Source of the DNA: an uncultured Solirubrobacterales bacterium
GTDB taxonomy: Bacteria; Actinomycetota; Thermoleophilia; Solirubrobacterales; Solirubrobacteraceae
Reading direction: 5' to 3'
DNA: 64,000 nt
Assembly: GCA_963764655.1 (NCBI GenBank)
Contig: CAVXTI010000001.1
Coordinates: 1,761,477-1,825,476 of the forward strand
The position numbers and the translations under genes were made by a program. Below are positions 36,623 to 45,967 of the stretch, in pieces (the first letter of the stretch is position 1; the number at the start of each line of letters is the position of its first letter). Under the pieces are notes generated by a model that was not told the DNA's origin, did no database searches, and worked only from the letters and a program-made list of their open reading frames with translations.

Positions 36623-39402
36623 CCCCAAGCCTTCCTCGTCGCCCCCACACTCCTGCGCGCGCTTTTTGCCGCAAACCGTCTCTTCGCCTGGCGCACGCAC
36701 GCCCCTCGCTTGGGCTTGGGCTTCTTCCTGCACGCCCGCAACGCCTGCGCCAGCTTCTGCGCTCGCGTCAACGACCTCGGCGCAACCACAGGACCAGACG
36801 CAGTGACAGTGACATTGCCCGCTCCCGTGAACGTCGCGCTCGCAGGTGCGCCAAAGATCGACGGCTGCGGCGAAGGAGACGCCTTGCACGAATCGCCCGA
36901 GCTGCACGGAGGCGAAGCCACCGGCGGCGCTATACAAGGCACCGCCGCGGTGCACGCGTGCGCATCGTAAATGTCATACCCAGTGTCGTAATCTTGGGAG
37001 GTGAGCTGGCTCGCCGTCAAGAAGAACACATCGCCCCCGCCTTCGCTCGCATCCATGAACCCCGATTCTTCAGGAGAGGAGCCTGCGGAGATCAACCCGA
37101 CACAACCACCAGACTTCGAGCTGAACGTCACACTCGAAGACGCGCAACCGCCGGTCCCTTCGGGCTCGTACTGGTACAGGTCCTCGCTGCCGTTCACATC
37201 CTGCGGCACGAGCGCATCGTTGCTGTTGAAGAACAACCGGCCACCATCAGACAACGCACGCGGCTGATACACCGCCCAGTCGTTGTGGAACGAGTCGCTC
37301 GTAGGGAGGTTCGACGCGACCCAGCTTCTACCTGTATATGCTCCGGTACCGAGCGGTTCGATGTCAGCGATGTCCCGGTGGTTTCCGCCGGATCCAAAGA
37401 CTTCGGCTTCGACTCCCACCGGTCGAGCGCCGGTTGGATTGCACGAAGCGCACGACAGACGCTTGGTCGACGAGTCATACAGGTACACCTCCATGTCGGG
37501 CTTGCCGCTGTTCGCGTCGCGATTGTCATAGCCCGTCAGCGACCGATCCGACATGAACGCCACATACCGCCCGTCAGGAGACACCCTCGCCGTCAACCTC
37601 CCGATCTCATGCCTATTGTGGTCGACGCTGACCCAATCCAGTTCGTCTTCCTCGGAGAGTGTCGCGATGAACGTGATCACGCCATTGTGATACTCGTATA
37701 GATTGCACGTCGCCAAGGGTTCCTTTTTTATCTGTTCATCGATGGTGCATTTGCCCTGTTTCGCACCGCGTTCGGCACCACCGCCATATACACCGTTGGC
37801 GACGAAATACACATACGACCCGTCTTCGCTGGCGCCCAGCACCACATTCTGCACACCAGCAGGCAGCCCTCCCCTTTCAGGCGTCAGATCGGTCAACTTG
37901 CACGCCAGATGCCCAGCTTCTTCGACGATTTCACACTCGTACAGTTCGTATTCGAACAAATTCTGTTCTTTGACACTGGACTGCGCCGTCAAGTGCTGGC
38001 TGTCGGTGAAGAACACCTTCGAGCCATCGCTGCTTGCAATCTGAAAGACCGCTTCAGGCTGACCGCCGCTCGGCGCACCGGGCTGCTTCACGTCCAAACG
38101 CACCGATTCGCGCTTGACCGTATCGCGCAAATACAAAGCCGTACCGCCACCCCGACCAAAACCCCCGACGATACCCTCCCAATCCCAGAATACTCGCGAG
38201 CCATTATCGGAGATAGCATGCCTCCCATCGCCACTGAATAGAAGTTCGGGATCCGCACCCACACCAAGGGCTTCGGCAGGAGGCGAACCGCCGCCTTCGC
38301 TCGCCGGCAGCAAACTCACCAGCTGCAGCGCTTCCCCGGGCGCGACGCCCGCCGACCACTCATAGACCCCATGTCGATCCGGACGACCTCCTTCACGAGG
38401 CGGACCTTCAGCGAGAGGCGTCGCCGTCAACGCCACTTCCGATTTCAACAGCACATGGCTCAAATCCGGTGATGCAATTTCAGGGCCGACCTCACCGAAT
38501 TTGGCGCCGGGCGGCACGTTCGCGACACCTTCATTTCCGGTCAGCAACGGCAGATAGCATTCGCTAGCGGTCGCCGACGCATCGCACAGCGCCTCACGGC
38601 GGAGATAGAGCGTCTGTTCAGACGCCAGACTCGACAACAACGGCACGCTTTTGTCCGTTCTCGGGTCGGCGAGCCCAAGCGAGAGATCTCTCGAGAAAAC
38701 ATCATATTCGGGATATCCTGTCGGGCCAGTAACTGAACTGTGCGGCTGGACGATATCCTGCGAAGACCAACCCTGCGTGCCTCGCACCGAGCGAACCTGC
38801 GACAAGCTGGCGGCTCCCGCGGGTTCCGCTTCGGTCGGCACGTCCACCTGGTACACGATCCCGCTGCCGTCTTCAGCCGCCTGAAGCGAGCCGTTCCCTT
38901 CAGGGTCCAGCGGAATGAACCGTGCACCGTGTTTGTTCGGCGGCGACACCAGTTCCCACTGGCGCCCATCAGGCAACGAGAACTCGCCGCCCACGGGCTG
39001 CGTAGTGAACGTCCCGTCGACGCCTGCAACCGCTTCGCTCGTCGATGCGACGAGCGCCACGACCCTGTAGTGATAAGACGTGCTCGGCAGCAAGCCCTGG
39101 GGATGCGCGCTCACGGTGATACCGGCAGAGCCGGAGCCGACGATCCCATCCGGCACTGGCACGCTCGACCCGTACCCTTCGCTCGTACCGTATTCGAAGC
39201 GATACGTCGTTTCGCTGCCCTCGGGATTAATCTGCGCCCGCACAGTCGCGCTCGTAGCCGCGACGTCCAGCACCGCCTCTTCTTCGACCACAGGCGGCGC
39301 GACAGCCAAAGCCGCCGACGTCGAGAGCGACACGCTCCCGGCAAGCGAGCAAGCGAACACCACACCTGCCAACACGATCCTACGAGAGCCCATCACACCC
39401 AT
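36619..39402 (-). CDS. Large secreted protein (927 aa): FN3/Ig-like domain, TolB/PD40-like beta-propeller repeats, basic Cys-paired C-terminal helix
   Basis: Signal peptide; GLLPSTSYHYRVVA; repeats SDNGSRVFW, SSDGSKVFF, SEDGSYVYF, SPDGRYVAF, SDGGRLFF, SEGGGDVFF; TRAQKLAQALRACRKK..RGACVRQAKRRF. Confidence 0.85.
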   Translation of the reverse strand: MGVMGSRRIVLAGVVFACSLAGSVSLSTSAALAVAPPVVEEEAVLDVAATSATVRAQINPEGSETTYRFEYGTSEGYGSSVPVPDGIVGSGSAGITVSAHPQGLLPSTSYHYRVVALVASTSEAVAGVDGTFTTQPVGGEFSLPDGRQWELVSPPNKHGARFIPLDPEGNGSLQAAEDGSGIVYQVDVPTEAEPAGAASLSQVRSVRGTQGWSSQDIVQPHSSVTGPTGYPEYDVFSRDLSLGLADPRTDKSVPLLSSLASEQTLYLRREALCDASATASECYLPLLTGNEGVANVPPGAKFGEVGPEIASPDLSHVLLKSEVALTATPLAEGPPREGGRPDRHGVYEWSAGVAPGEALQLVSLLPASEGGGSPPAEALGVGADPELLFSGDGRHAISDNGSRVFWDWEGIVGGFGRGGGTALYLRDTVKRESVRLDVKQPGAPSGGQPEAVFQIASSDGSKVFFTDSQHLTAQSSVKEQNLFEYELYECEIVEEAGHLACKLTDLTPERGGLPAGVQNVVLGASEDGSYVYFVANGVYGGGAERGAKQGKCTIDEQIKKEPLATCNLYEYHNGVITFIATLSEEDELDWVSVDHNRHEIGRLTARVSPDGRYVAFMSDRSLTGYDNRDANSGKPDMEVYLYDSSTKRLSCASCNPTGARPVGVEAEVFGSGGNHRDIADIEPLGTGAYTGRSWVASNLPTSDSFHNDWAVYQPRALSDGGRLFFNSNDALVPQDVNGSEDLYQYEPEGTGGCASSSVTFSSKSGGCVGLISAGSSPEESGFMDASEGGGDVFFLTASQLTSQDYDTGYDIYDAHACTAAVPCIAPPVASPPCSSGDSCKASPSPQPSIFGAPASATFTGAGNVTVTASGPVVAPRSLTRAQKLAQALRACRKKPKPKRGACVRQAKRRFAAKSARRSVGATRKAWG

Positions 39403-39607
39403 CCCTTCCTAGAGCGATCCACACGAGACGACCCGCGGGACCGCGGGCACGACAAAACCGCCACAGGCCTATGACCCGTGACGACAGGACGACAAGAAGC
39501 TGAAAGCGCGCCTACAGCGCGCGAGAGACCGAGCCGGGCCTTATACCCGGCGGGCCACGACTGGACGCCGCGGCGGAGGCTGCTAGCGCCTAGGCGCCGG
39601 CTGGCCC

Positions 39608-39626
39608 AGAGAGAGAGAGAGAGAGA
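39608..39626. repeat. (AG)9 dinucleotide microsatellite
   Basis: agagagagagagagagaga, ~210 bp upstream of the 927-aa gene. Confidence 0.9.
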
Positions 39627-39649
39627 CGCGTCAGCGACGCTGACGCGTC
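39625..39649. promoter_or_regulatory. Perfect 25-bp palindrome, candidate operator
   Basis: GACGCGTCAGCG-A-CGCTGACGCGTC. Confidence 0.6.
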
Positions 39650-39891
39650 CTATAACGCCAGCCCCGCAAGCACACGGACTCTCAACAACGCTATTCCCCA
39701 AGGAAACCACGCGAAATACAACTCCCTCTCGAATTGCGACCCAGTCCCTCTCCCAAGGGCCCTGCCAAAACGTTCGCTGTCGACCACAGAGGCCAACCCA
39801 GAACCTGACCTTATGTCCATCCGCACCCACTGGGATGACAGACGCTGGCGGCAACATACCACGAGCGATCCCAGGTGTCAAGTCCCTCGAG

Positions 39892-40329
39892 TCAGGCAGT
39901 CAGCGTTGCCAACGCCGTCGCATCGGCCGGGTCGATGCGCTGCACGCCCGGGATGTCGTCGAAGTCACGATCCGGGCTGAGGATCGCGTCGATCCCGCGG
40001 TTGAGCGCGGTCGCGGCGAAGATAGCGTCGCGCACCGCGAGCTGCTCGTGCTCACACCACAGTGTGAGCGCACGGTCGATATCCGCCTGCTCGACCGCGT
40101 GCAGACGGCACACACGCGCGACGGTGCGAGCCCAGCGGGCGGCGTCGTGGCGATTTCCCGATTGGCGCAGGCGGACATAGGCGAACTCGTGCACAAGCTC
40201 GAGGCTCGCCTCGCCGTCGAGCGTCCCGCGCTGAGCCTCGCGCAGGATCGAGCGGCATGGCTCGCGATAGCGATGCTCGGACCCCAGCGCGTACACAAAC
40301 ACGGCGGTGTCGAACAGAAAGCGTCGCAC
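39892..40329 (-). CDS. vapC: VapC PIN-domain toxin
   Basis: FLFDTAVFVY, ELVHEF, RDAIFAATAL, ILSPDRDFD. Confidence 0.92.
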   Translation of the reverse strand: MRRFLFDTAVFVYALGSEHRYREPCRSILREAQRGTLDGEASLELVHEFAYVRLRQSGNRHDAARWARTVARVCRLHAVEQADIDRALTLWCEHEQLAVRDAIFAATALNRGIDAILSPDRDFDDIPGVQRIDPADATALATLTA

Positions 40330-40332
40330 GCG

Positions 40333-40590
40333 TCACACGTGAGCGCTTGGGGCGTTCATGTCTTCGATCATTCGGCACTTCATATCCGGCCAGTCCCCCA
40401 CCGACAACGGATCGGCGCTGAGCAGCTCCTCGATTGCCTGAGCGCGCGCGTCGTCGGCGTGGGAGAGCTTCTCCTCGATCGCCTCCCGGATCAGCGCACC
40501 CATCGAGATCCCCCGGCGCGCGGCGGACTCGCGTAGACGGGCATGAAGCTCGTCGTCGAGCAGAAGCTGGGAGCGCCGCGTCAAGGCCAT
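40333..40590 (-). CDS. vapB: RHH/CopG-type antitoxin
   Basis: RRSQLLLDDELHARL...RGISMGALIREAIE; directly upstream of vapC. Confidence 0.88.
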   Translation of the reverse strand: MALTRRSQLLLDDELHARLRESAARRGISMGALIREAIEEKLSHADDARAQAIEELLSADPLSVGDWPDMKCRMIEDMNAPSAHV

Positions 40591-40605
40591 CGCAAGCTAA
40601 AGATA

Positions 40606-40629
40606 GCATGTGCAGGCGCATGTGCAGGC
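40606..40629. promoter_or_regulatory. Perfect tandem 12-bp direct repeat in the vapBC promoter, candidate autoregulatory operator
   Basis: GCATGTGCAGGC x2, 16 nt upstream of the vapB ATG, next to minus-strand TATCTT. Confidence 0.6.
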
Positions 40630-40718
40630 TAACTAAAATGCGCTCCAGTACAGCCGAAGTGCCACGTTCAGCGGGGCTAGTGCCAGGTTTCTATGGGCGT
40701 AGCACGCGCTGACGCGAC

Positions 40719-41546
40719 TTACAAGCCCGTGAGCGCCCGGTACAAGTCGTTGGCGCTCAACCCCGTGAGCTTGGCGATGACTCCCGCCGCCGGTCGTGCG
40801 CGTGCGCCCGCGTCGACGAGTGAGCGCAGCGCATTGAGCGCGTCGTCACGATCGGCACTCCTCGGCGCGGCGGCGCCCACCACGAGCACGATCTCCCCGC
40901 GCGCAGGCTGTTCGCGGTAATGCACAGTCAACTCAGCCGCGCTCCCGCGACGGACTTCCTCATGCAGCTTGGTCAGCTCGCGGCAGACCGCCACGGGACG
41001 CTCAGGGTCGAGCGCGGCCAGGACTTCGAGCGCCGTCGCCAGCCGCCTGGGCGACTCAAACGCCACGAGCGTCTCGACACTCTCCCCCAGCAGCCGCGCC
41101 AACTCCCCGCGCTTGCGCGGCAAAAAACCGACGAAGCGCCAGCGCTCAGACGGCAGGCCCGAGGCGACGAGCGCCGCCAGCACGCTGGAGGGACCGGGCA
41201 GCACCTCGACCGGCACGCCCGCCGCGAGGCACGCTTGCAAGAGCGCCCATCCCGGGTCGGATACGAGCGGCGTGCCGGCGTCTGAGACGAGCGCGACGAC
41301 CGCACCGGCCTGGATTCGCCCCACCAGCTCGCGGGCGCGCTCGCGCTCGTTGTGCTCGTGGTAGCTGACGAGCGTGCCCGCGATCTCGTAGCGATCGAGC
41401 AAGACGCGCGTGCGGCGCGTGTCCTCGCAGGCGACAACGTCCGCCTCGCGCAGCGCGTCGAGCACGCGCAGGGTCACATCCCCGAGGTTGCCGATCGGGG
41501 TGGGACACACGACGAGCCGGCCGACTGCCTCATCCGGGGTGGTCAT
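40719..41546 (-). CDS. rsmI: 16S rRNA C1402 2'-O-methyltransferase
   Basis: PTPIGNLGD, CEDTR, VSDAGTPLVSDPG, FESPRR, CRELTKLHEE. Confidence 0.96.
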   Translation of the reverse strand: MTTPDEAVGRLVVCPTPIGNLGDVTLRVLDALREADVVACEDTRRTRVLLDRYEIAGTLVSYHEHNERERARELVGRIQAGAVVALVSDAGTPLVSDPGWALLQACLAAGVPVEVLPGPSSVLAALVASGLPSERWRFVGFLPRKRGELARLLGESVETLVAFESPRRLATALEVLAALDPERPVAVCRELTKLHEEVRRGSAAELTVHYREQPARGEIVLVVGAAAPRSADRDDALNALRSLVDAGARARPAAGVIAKLTGLSANDLYRALTGL

Positions 41547-41622
41547 GGGGGGAATATAAGGTGCCACCACACCCCGGCTAGCGCCCGACCCCGACCGTGG
41601 CCTGACGCCCGGACCAGCCTCG

Positions 41623-42750
41623 ATGACTCCTCGCTCAGACGACACCCCGCAATACACGCGCTACCGTGCGGGACGACGCCTTCCCACCCTGAAGGGCGCG
41701 GGCGGAAAACGCGCCTTGAAAGGCGAGGGCGACGCCGGCGAGCAGAGCGTAGGAGTGCGCTACCCACGCCGCCCAGGCCGGGAGAAGAGCCCTAGACGGA
41801 GCTGGTTAGAGCGCGTCACCCCCAGACGCATCGTGCTCGGCCTGCTCGCGCTCCTCGCCAGCTGGCTGCTGCTTTCGCTCCTGCTGTTCCTCGTAAGCGC
41901 CCACTTCGAGCGCACCCTGCCGCCCGCCGAGGTCGCGGCCGTGCTCAAGCCGGCCGGCTTCCCACTGACCTCGGCCAACAACATCCTCGTGCTCGGCTCC
42001 GATAGGCGCCCGAAGGGCAGCAGGGAACCTGGCGCCAACACCTCCGGGCCGAGCCGCTCAGACACGATCATGCTGATCCGCACCGGCGGCGGGCACTCCG
42101 CGCGCCTGTCGATCCCGCGCGACACGGTTGTCGAGATCCCCGGCCACGGCCTGCAGAAGATCAACGCCGCCTACGCCTTCGGCGGGCCCGCGCTTGCGAT
42201 CTCGACGGTCGAGCGCTACCTCGACATCTCGATCAACCATCTCGTCGAAGTCAACTTCGAAAACTTCCCGCAGCTGATCGACGCGATGGGCGGCGTCGAC
42301 TACACGGGCAGCTGCGTCGTCTCGGAAATCAGCGGCGGCTTTCGCAACGGCGGCTTCACCTTGCGCCTGAGCAAGGGCACGCACCGCCTGGACGGCAAGC
42401 AGGCGCTGGCGCTCGCGCGCACCCGCAAGAACCGCTGCGCGCCCAACGAGACCGACCTGCAGCGAGCCGAACACCAGCAGGCCCTCTTTCAGGACATGAA
42501 GTCGCGGCTGCTGTCGTTCTCGAGCTTCGTGCGCATGCCTTTGATCGCCTGGAACGCGCCGCCGGCGATCATCTCCGACATGAGCGGCCCGACGCTGCTC
42601 GGCCTGTTCGGGGCGCTGGCCGTCGGCGGCACGCCGCCGACGCGCATCCTGCGCCCGTCAGGCGCGGTGACGCTGCCCGACGGCGAGGTCGGCCTCAGCG
42701 TCTCAGAAGGCGAGCGCCGCGCAGCCGCGGCTCGCTTCCTCGCGGGTTAG
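41623..42750 (+). CDS. LCP (LytR-CpsA-Psr) family glycopolymer transferase
   Basis: NILVLGSD, RSDTIML, SIPRDT, KINAAY, ALALARTR, DLQRAEHQQ. Confidence 0.92.
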   Translation: MTPRSDDTPQYTRYRAGRRLPTLKGAGGKRALKGEGDAGEQSVGVRYPRRPGREKSPRRSWLERVTPRRIVLGLLALLASWLLLSLLLFLVSAHFERTLPPAEVAAVLKPAGFPLTSANNILVLGSDRRPKGSREPGANTSGPSRSDTIMLIRTGGGHSARLSIPRDTVVEIPGHGLQKINAAYAFGGPALAISTVERYLDISINHLVEVNFENFPQLIDAMGGVDYTGSCVVSEISGGFRNGGFTLRLSKGTHRLDGKQALALARTRKNRCAPNETDLQRAEHQQALFQDMKSRLLSFSSFVRMPLIAWNAPPAIISDMSGPTLLGLFGALAVGGTPPTRILRPSGAVTLPDGEVGLSVSEGERRAAAARFLAG

Positions 42751-42751
42751 G

Positions 42752-43096
42752 CTAGGCGCTCTCCGCCGCCGCGACGGGTTTCGCGACCTCAGTCTTCTTC
42801 TCGGGCTTGCTCATCCCCGAATCGGAGGACGAGGACTCGTCTTTCTTGGCGTCCCCTTTGTCGGCGGAGTCCCCCTTGGAGGAGCTCTCGCTTGAGGCCG
42901 CGGTCTCGCGCTGGCGCTTGCGCGTGCCGTAGTCGGTGTTGTAGAAGCCCTTGCCCTTGAAGTGCACCGCGGGCGCGTGCAGCACGCGTTCGACAGGCGC
43001 CCCAGTCTCGGGGTCCTCGATCAGCGCGTCCTCGCTGAAAGCTTGCCGCAACTCGAAGGTGGTGCCGTCCGGGCGCCTGTACTCGTAGATGGGCAT
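42752..43096 (-). CDS. FmdB-family zinc-ribbon-like protein (Cys-less)
   Basis: MPIYEYR...FKGKGFYNTDY. Confidence 0.85.
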   Translation of the reverse strand: MPIYEYRRPDGTTFELRQAFSEDALIEDPETGAPVERVLHAPAVHFKGKGFYNTDYGTRKRQRETAASSESSSKGDSADKGDAKKDESSSSDSGMSKPEKKTEVAKPVAAAESA

Positions 43097-43149
43097 AAGC
43101 GCTGATTATAAGAGCGCGGCCGAGTTGTCAGTCTGGCCCGGGCGACTTG

Positions 43150-43758
43150 TCAGTCGGCGACGAGCGAGCGGGCGCACTCAATGCCAGCCCTGACCGTCTC
43201 TGAGAAGTCGCGCTCGGGCTCGGCGATCATGCGCAACGCGAAGCCGTCGCCCATCGAGAAGAGGATGTCGGCGACCGCCTCCGGCTCGGCGTGCAGCTGC
43301 AGCACCCCATCCTCCTGTGCGGCCGCCAGCATGCTCGCCAGCCGCTCGCGCGTGAGCCGCACGAGCCGCGCGTACTCGACCGCGATGTCGGCGTTGCGGC
43401 GCGAGAGCGTGAACAGCTCGAACACGAGCGTGACGAAGTCTGGTTCCTCGCGAATCGTCTCCTGCAGGTCAAGCGCCAGCAGATGGACGAAGTCGTCGGC
43501 CGTCTGCGCGCCCGCGAGTCGTTGCTCGAGCGCCTCCAGGCGCAGGTCGCAGTCGCGGCGCGCCGCCTCGACGAGCAGCTGCTCCTTGGTGCCGAAGTAG
43601 TAGTGCAGCAGGCCGCGCGAGACGCCCGCCTCGCGCGAGACATGGTCGAACGTCGATCCCGCCGCGCCGCGACGCGCGACGCTGTGGCGCATCGCCTCGA
43701 CGATGCGCCGGGCCTTCTCACCCGAGAGTCCCCTCGTCGTCGTCGCGGTTGTGCTCAC
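43150..43758 (-). CDS. TetR-family regulator
   Basis: TFDHVSREAGVSRGLLHYYFGTKEQL. Confidence 0.92.
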   Translation of the reverse strand: MSTTATTTRGLSGEKARRIVEAMRHSVARRGAAGSTFDHVSREAGVSRGLLHYYFGTKEQLLVEAARRDCDLRLEALEQRLAGAQTADDFVHLLALDLQETIREEPDFVTLVFELFTLSRRNADIAVEYARLVRLTRERLASMLAAAQEDGVLQLHAEPEAVADILFSMGDGFALRMIAEPERDFSETVRAGIECARSLVAD

Positions 43759-44209
43759 GCGGCCGGCGTGCCCGCGGCCGCGGGAGTGTCCTGCGCTGGC
43801 ATCGTCGTCGAGCTGTAGTCAAACTCCTCCTCGGCGCCGAACAGCAGGTCGAGCACCTTCGAGCGCAGGCCCTCGCTGAGCGCGAGCGCGAGCACCGCGC
43901 CGACGATCAGGAGCGCCAGCGTGCGACCGAGCCCGCCTTTGCGCTTCGGCTTGGCGGGAGGCTGGCGAATCGCGTACGACGCTTCCTTGAGCGCGTTCGC
44001 GGCTTCGACCAGCTCGCGCTGCAGCTTGCGATCCTCGAGCAGCGCCTTGCCCGCCGGCTTGCCGTTGCTCACGCGCCCGTAGGCGCTGCGCGCCGAGCCG
44101 TACGCCGAGAGCAGGCTCTCACGCAACTGCTCGTCCTCCATCAACCGTCTTGATGTTCGCTGCTTCGCAAGGCTTCGCTCGCCTTGCCGATCCTGTCTTT
44201 TGCCGCCAT
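43755..44209 (-). CDS. Hypothetical membrane protein (frameshift ~44150)
   Basis: MAAKDRIG start with GAGG RBS joins ..MEDEQLRE..; one TM helix; coupled to the TetR gene. Confidence 0.65.
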
Positions 44210-44294
44210 CTGGCCACCGCCTCTGCTGAACGCTTGTCGATGGTGTCCAATATACCCCCGATGATCCATATCGAACGCCTGAGAAGCTAGGCGC

Positions 44295-45506
44295 GTGCCG
44301 ACTTTCGAGGCGACCGCCGCCTTCCTTGGCGCGCTTTTGATCATCGGGGCGCTCGCCTCCGGGCTGGCGCAGCGCTCATTTCTGTCGCTTGCGGCGCTGT
44401 TCGTGATCGCCGGCTTCATAGTCGGAGACGGCGGCTTCGAATGGGTCAGCTTTCACGCTCAGTCGGGCTTCGTCGAGGACCTCGCGTTCGTCGCGCTGAT
44501 CGTGATCCTGTTCCGCGACGGCCTGGAGGTCGAGGGCGAGATGCTGCAGCGAGCGTGGCACCTGCCGCTGCGCAAGCTCGCGATCGCGATGCCGATCACG
44601 GCCGGGATCGTCGCCGTCGCCGGGCACGTGCTCATCGGGCTCTCGTGGACGGAGTCGCTGCTGCTCGGCGCGCTGCTCTCGCCGACCGACCCGGTGCTGA
44701 CCTCGAGCATCGTCACCAACCCGCGCGTGCCGCGGCTGGTGCGCCACTCGCTGAACCTGGAGTCTGGTCTCAACGACGGCCTCGCGCTGCCCGCCGTGCT
44801 CACGTTCCTCGCGGCGCTCAGCAGCGAATCGCAGCATTTCGTGTGGTGGCGCTTCGTGCTGCAAGACGTTGGCCTCGGCTTTCTCTACGGGCTCGCGCTC
44901 GGCTGGCTCGCGGGCTGGCTGATGCCCAGTGAGAGCAAGCGCCCGCTGGAGCACCCGATCCCCTCGCACCAGAAGTCGCTGTACGCGCTCGGCGTCGCGT
45001 TCGCCACCTACGGGCTCACCGTGCTGGCGCCGCGCGGCAACGGCTTCATCGCGGTGTTCGTCGCGGCGATCGTGCTCGGCCTGCGCCGTCCCGACCTGCG
45101 CCGCCACTTCGAGCAGCGCGCGGACGAGATCGTTGAGATCGTGAAGCTCGGGATCTTCGTCGTGTTCGGCTCGCTGCTGACGCTCGACGCCCTCGAGAGC
45201 AATGGCTGGGCAGCGCTCGGCGTGGTCGCCGCGACCTTCTTGATCGCACGCCCCGTCGCGGTGTGGATCGCGTTGCTCGGCACCGACACCGACCGCCAGA
45301 CGCGCCTGTTCATGGGCTGGTTCGGGCCGAAGGGCGTCGCCACGATGACCTTCTCGCTGCTGGTGCTCGACCAGCACATCGCAAACGGAGAGCAGATCTT
45401 CGACCTGGCGGCGCTCGTCGTGCTGTGCTCGATCGCCGCCCACGGCCTGACCGACACGCCCGGCGCGAACTGGATAGCCCGGCACGCCGAGCGGACGAAA
45501 ACCTAG
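44295..45506 (+). CDS. Cation:proton antiporter (CPA1)
   Basis: LSPTDPV, ESGLNDG, WFGPKG, about 12 TM helices. Confidence 0.92.
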   Translation: MPTFEATAAFLGALLIIGALASGLAQRSFLSLAALFVIAGFIVGDGGFEWVSFHAQSGFVEDLAFVALIVILFRDGLEVEGEMLQRAWHLPLRKLAIAMPITAGIVAVAGHVLIGLSWTESLLLGALLSPTDPVLTSSIVTNPRVPRLVRHSLNLESGLNDGLALPAVLTFLAALSSESQHFVWWRFVLQDVGLGFLYGLALGWLAGWLMPSESKRPLEHPIPSHQKSLYALGVAFATYGLTVLAPRGNGFIAVFVAAIVLGLRRPDLRRHFEQRADEIVEIVKLGIFVVFGSLLTLDALESNGWAALGVVAATFLIARPVAVWIALLGTDTDRQTRLFMGWFGPKGVATMTFSLLVLDQHIANGEQIFDLAALVVLCSIAAHGLTDTPGANWIARHAERTKT

Positions 45507-45736
45507 GCGTGCAACGCGGCCTGTTCCTGCGCCGAGGGAAACGCCCACGCGGCGCGCGAGCGGCGCTCCTGGCGGAACTCGAAGCGCAACTGCCGCGGCG
45601 GCGCGAGCTGGGCCTCGTTCGGCCGGAAGGTGGCGCAGGGCTCGTCGAGCTCCAGCGCGCACAGCATGTTGCGCCGGAAGAAGCAATCGTCACATGTGAC
45701 CTTGCGGGTGGCTCGCTTGCTCTGCGCTCTCGGCAC
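45503..45736 (-). CDS. Small Cys-rich hypothetical protein
   Basis: TCDDCFF...LC......PCATF; AAGGGGAG RBS before the GTG. Confidence 0.7.
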   Translation of the reverse strand: MPRAQSKRATRKVTCDDCFFRRNMLCALELDEPCATFRPNEAQLAPPRQLRFEFRQERRSRAAWAFPSAQEQAALHA

Positions 45737-45967
45737 TGACTCCCCTTTGGTTGCGGCTGAAGGACTGGACGGCAGGCAGGCATCAAAGCACCGGTGGCGC
45801 ACACCCTCAAGGGCCACCGGCGGGCCTTCTTCGCAAACCGCGGGGAAAACCGCTCCCTATCCGCAAATAGCCAGGATCGAACCTCGATCTTGTGACAATC
45901 GGGGTTGCGTTCACGCATTTTGCGCGGCTTTTCCGTGGGCCCGGCGCCGGAACGTCATCATGGTGGA

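Noticed and set aside
36623-36955. N-terminal extension of the 1198-aa ORF
   Set aside because: Overlaps the upstream gene; the signal peptide and RBS place the start at 36622-36604
39478-40536. 352-aa + strand ORF over vapBC
   Set aside because: Antisense to a clear TA pair and spans regulatory DNA; no motifs
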